A stretch of DNA of 64,000 nucleotides from the NCBI GenBank assembly GCA_002269645.1, contig NIVC01000732.1, positions 62,001-126,000 on the forward strand, written 5' to 3'. The position numbers and the translations under genes were made by a program. This DNA comes from Macrostomum lignano. Lineage: Eukaryota. The stretch's first letter is position 1, and the number at the start of each line of letters is the position of its first letter. Below are positions 60,063 through 64,000 of the stretch, in pieces. The notes beneath the pieces are model-generated. The model had not been told where the DNA came from, ran no database searches, and saw only the letters and a program-made list of their open reading frames with translations.

Positions 60063-62058
60063 ATGGACCCACTGCTGCCTAACTTTACTTCATTAGAGAA
60101 ATCCTACGACCAGCAACGGCGTGCTATTATCCAGCAAAAACCGCTGGAGGAAGACAACAATAATATTACTACTGATAATAGCAAGCAACCAGACCTTGCT
60201 ACTAGCAGCTGTGGCATGTCCGAATCCGACATTGTGGCTGCCACTCTGCGCTGCGTGCTCGTTGGCAACTCGGGCGTCGGCAAGTCGACCCTGCTGCGAT
60301 CGATTGCTGGCCTGCCGCCTCTGACCGAAGCCAATAACACTGCTAATGGTACTACTGGTTGTCGGGCACTGGCGCAGTCCGTCGCTCTGATAGTGGACCT
60401 GCCAGCTGCTAAACGAGGCAAAGCCCGAAGTTCGGCATCGCCTGTTAAGGTGCAAATTCCTAATTATGCTTTTTTACTGTGATTTTAAACATTACTCGTA
60501 TCAGTTCTTTTTAGAACAGGTTCAGACACTGCTGACCCATCCTTGTAAAAGATTAGGACGCGACTAGATAAACTCCGACCCACGCGCCACCTGCGGCCCA
60601 CGACGCTTCTCTATCCGGCCCTCGGGTTCCTTTGAAAGGGGCGCTTTCATAAGCCCGAAATTTTACAATATAAAACAGAGGAACTTCATAAACCCGAAAT
60701 TTCACAAAGTCGAATGGTCGAAATCTATACGATATACAGGTATGTATCGGACTGTCTCTTCACTGCATTTCGACATTGCGAAAATTCGGGTTCATGAAAC
60801 GATCCCCCCTTTGAAACTTCACGCTCATGGTTCGTGTCTCTTCTCAGCTCTCTTCTCTCCTCTCCTCTCCCCTCTTTTTCTCTTGATCTTCTCTCAAGGT
60901 TAAAAACGTTTTCCAAACCCAGATTTAGTGTTAGGCACTGTATGTACCTGTAATTAATATGCAGGTCGTAGGTATACTCATTTTTAGCATATAGGAGGTC
61001 GTAGTAGGGGATTTTCAAAAGCTCAAAATTTCATTAGGTCTAAACTTTAAAACTTAGTTAAGTTCACGCGGTTGTCAAAGTCTTGCTAGCCACTTCCGCT
61101 GCTGTCGAATTTAAAAGCCCGTCAGTTGTTTCTGGCTTGTGCCATAGACTAGCCAGCATTCTCTGGGCTTTGCTCAACTCTGTGTCCAAATTAAAAGCCC
61201 GAAGTCCAAACTAGAACGCAAAAAGCTATATTATTGTGCCATAGACATTTGTGTCATTGACAAAGTGGGACAGAACAATCGGGCGTTAAATGTCATTAAC
61301 TGCCCGCTAATTTGCATTAAAGTAAGTTTAAAGCATTTAAGTCCTGCAAGCGGGCTTAAATGTAGTCTATGGCATTAAAAGGCAAGAATAAGTGCCCAGC
61401 GGGCACAAAGGTCATGGTACAATGCTAAAAAATGCACACTTCTTATCGATCGCTAAATAGAATTTTCCTGCGAAATTTTGCACGATTTGCAATGTAGCAT
61501 ATAAACTTGTATGCATCTATCGACGCCGCCACACTCCGCTATCTGCAGGTTCGCCTACGCCTAGAGGACACGCCCGGCTCTCATTCTATGGACCTGCTGC
61601 GGCCTCGTCTCTACGCTGACGCTGGCGCATTTCTACTATGCTTCTCAGCGTCGGAGACCAGCTCAGCGGAACAATTGGTCACCCGTTGGTTACCGGAGTT
61701 GGTGCGACACCAGTCTGGCGTGCCAATTCTTCTGCTAGCGATCCAGTCTGATCGGCAGCGAGTGCACAGGTCAGTCATGGCAAAGGCCAGTCGAGCAGCC
61801 GAGATAATCAGCAGTACATCTGGCATGTCAACAAGCAGTTTGTTGATGACCTGCTCCTCAACCAGATGGCAGCCGAATGGTCTGAATGAGACTCGACTGC
61901 TGACCCGACTAGCTGAACTGGCTGTTCGGCCACCGGCTGCGGCATCGTTAGTTGACGATTTGAACCCGATTAATACAGACGCGAATGTGCAGAATTACAA
62001 CTCGAAGAGGTCGATGTGCTGCTTCTTGACTCGCAGTTCAAGCCAGCAGGTTGGATGA
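60063..62058 (+). CDS. Divergent Rho-family small GTPase, ~298 aa. Exons 60063-60449 and 61549-62058; start codon uncertain (alternative Met near 60215).
   Basis: P-loop CVLVGNSGVGKSTLL. Exon 2: LRLEDTPG (G3), DLLRPRLYADAGAFLLCFS (switch II/Rho-like), LVTRWLPELVRHQSGVPILLLA. Phase-0 intron AAG|GTGCAA ... CTGCAG|GTT. Confidence 0.78.
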
Positions 62059-64000
62059 TGTCAAATCGCGAGAACCCTTTGGTGTAAGAGATCGATCTGC
62101 ACTCTGATAGCTCGAATGTTTTACAGATGTATATTTAACCGTCGATGTGTATACCAGATTCGTCTTAGCTTCGTATTTGCTGGATTCACTTCCGGGTCGG
62201 CCCGGCCCCATACCGCGCGAACATTGATGTAGAAATATTGCGATCGAATTAATTTGTGATTCGGCCTACTATAATTTTGAAAGCCGTTGTGAAGAAGAGC
62301 CTTTGGTAAATCATAAATGATCGCAAAGCTTGCATTTTCAACCAAACAGGCCTTCATAAAAATTGCACTAACGATTGGGAGTGCAAGGATTGAGCTTCGT
62401 AAAAAATAAAGGATTGATGTACATGTAGATGCGCACACATGGGAGCAAAAAAATCTGTTTCTATATATTTTCACAAACTATCTTCAAATTTTTGACAACC
62501 TGTTGATTTGAAAAGTTCTGTTTGTACTTTTAGACACAGGCGCACCTGTACACAATAATAGCTCCCGCGTCACTTAATTGCTTGTAAGAAATGCAAATTC
62601 GGAAAACGGTCCAATTTTCAAGGATAAACAGACAGTTTTATCCAGCAAGTCAAACATTGGTAACCCCTATAAATGTAAAAGCTTTGAACTACAAATAAAA
62701 TAACTTTGGCACCGTAACTTCTGTGCCAAATTGGTTGATGCTTGTATAACTTGTAAATAAACACGCTATTTGTTTAAATTAACTTCAGATTGTCTTTCAC
62801 TTCGTTTCGCTTCATACTGGACTTGAAACATTTTAATAAATTAAACACGATTAAGGGGTCGAATATCCAGAAGTTTTAACAACATAAACCAATTTAAAAT
62901 AAACAATTTTAATTAAGGAGTTTGCTTGGACCCTCTGCCGTTGAATATATTAAAGCACATGGCCAAATTTTATTTTATTATACTGCAACATTGTGAAATT
63001 TTTTCCAGCGCAATTGAACACGGGTTAGAATTTTACGGATTAGTAATCATATACTCAATTGAAGGTTATGCGAAATTGCCAAAAAATTATTAAGAATTAA
63101 TTAAGAATTGCGAACAGACCTGCACGAGCAGAATTAGCACTAGTTAGCAAATCAGATTGTTCCTTGTGGCATATTTAACAAATTTTGATTCGTTGTAATT
63201 TTACTGAAAATATCCAATAGTTGCGGGCTTACTTTATTTGGTACTTTGAACTGTGGCACGTAAAATTATTTAAACTGATTGATTGGCAAGGGAATATCTC
63301 AGCGCAAAATGATTGATTAATTTGTTGAAAAAATGATTAGAAATGAAATGCTTCTAAATGACTGGATGGCTTTGATATTTGTAGCAGTAAAAACACCTCA
63401 AATCAACCCCTTCCTAATTAAACTGGAGTCGCTAAACAGAGAAATAGCTTCATGGTAACCCTTACAGATTGTCTGAATATTTGAGGATTGCAAATTAAGT
63501 AGGGTGCTGTAGATGGGACTAATAAGTAAGCAGTGGATTAGCAAGTTAGTAGTATTCTCAGCCTATGACACACTATAGGCACCATCTATAGACAACATTC
63601 CTTTTATAAACACAACTTGATAATAAACTAAGCAAATGGACGAAGTCTGGCAAACCTATAGATTCGATACCAACAAAAAATTTAAACAAAATTTGAGTAT
63701 ATAGTTCCTGCAGCAACTAATCCTATTATTATAAATAGTATAGAAATATAAATTCGAATATTGGAAAACGCAAAATAGCAAATCTGACTGACAAATAGTG
63801 TTTACCAAATACTACAGATTCCAATCAAACTGCCAATCAGTGAGCAGGTCATAAACTACTTGTTAATTTAGTAGCTGATGCGCATATTGCGGAAAACTTT
63901 AAATTAAAAAAAATGTTTTTCATTGACTCAATTCTGAGTGGCTAATCTTAGGGATTATCGATAATATTTGGTGTTTACAAGGTCAGTAGCAGATTAACTT

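Overview
Eukaryotic (animal) genomic DNA with spliceosomal GT-AG introns. The GC/CpG-rich exons and minisatellite-filled introns suggest a flatworm such as Macrostomum; this taxon call is inference only. Four protein-coding genes could be reconstructed with phase-consistent splice junctions. (1) An LRRK2-type Roco gene on the minus strand: 18 exons and ~1977 aa in the window, ARM-ANK-linker-LRR-ROC-start of COR, running off the left edge. (2) A complete 5-exon polypeptide GalNAc-transferase on the minus strand (657 aa). (3) A 2-exon Mab-21/cGAS-like nucleotidyltransferase (cGLR-like) on the plus strand with a long C-terminal extension (~826 aa). (4) A 2-exon, highly divergent Rho-like GTPase on the plus strand (~298 aa). 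The 37-52 kb interval is a CpG-depleted graveyard of decayed elements: LINE RT, hAT transposase, MITEs and a 24-bp minisatellite. The most striking feature is a perfectly phased 119 x 30-bp array (5841-9408) made by amplifying an LRRK2 exon end plus its 5' splice site. Every unit carries an in-frame GT donor, the frame is stop-free, and unit variants are mostly synonymous third-position changes, so the gene may encode an LRR domain of splice-tunable length. All of this is from manual reading; no database searches were run.
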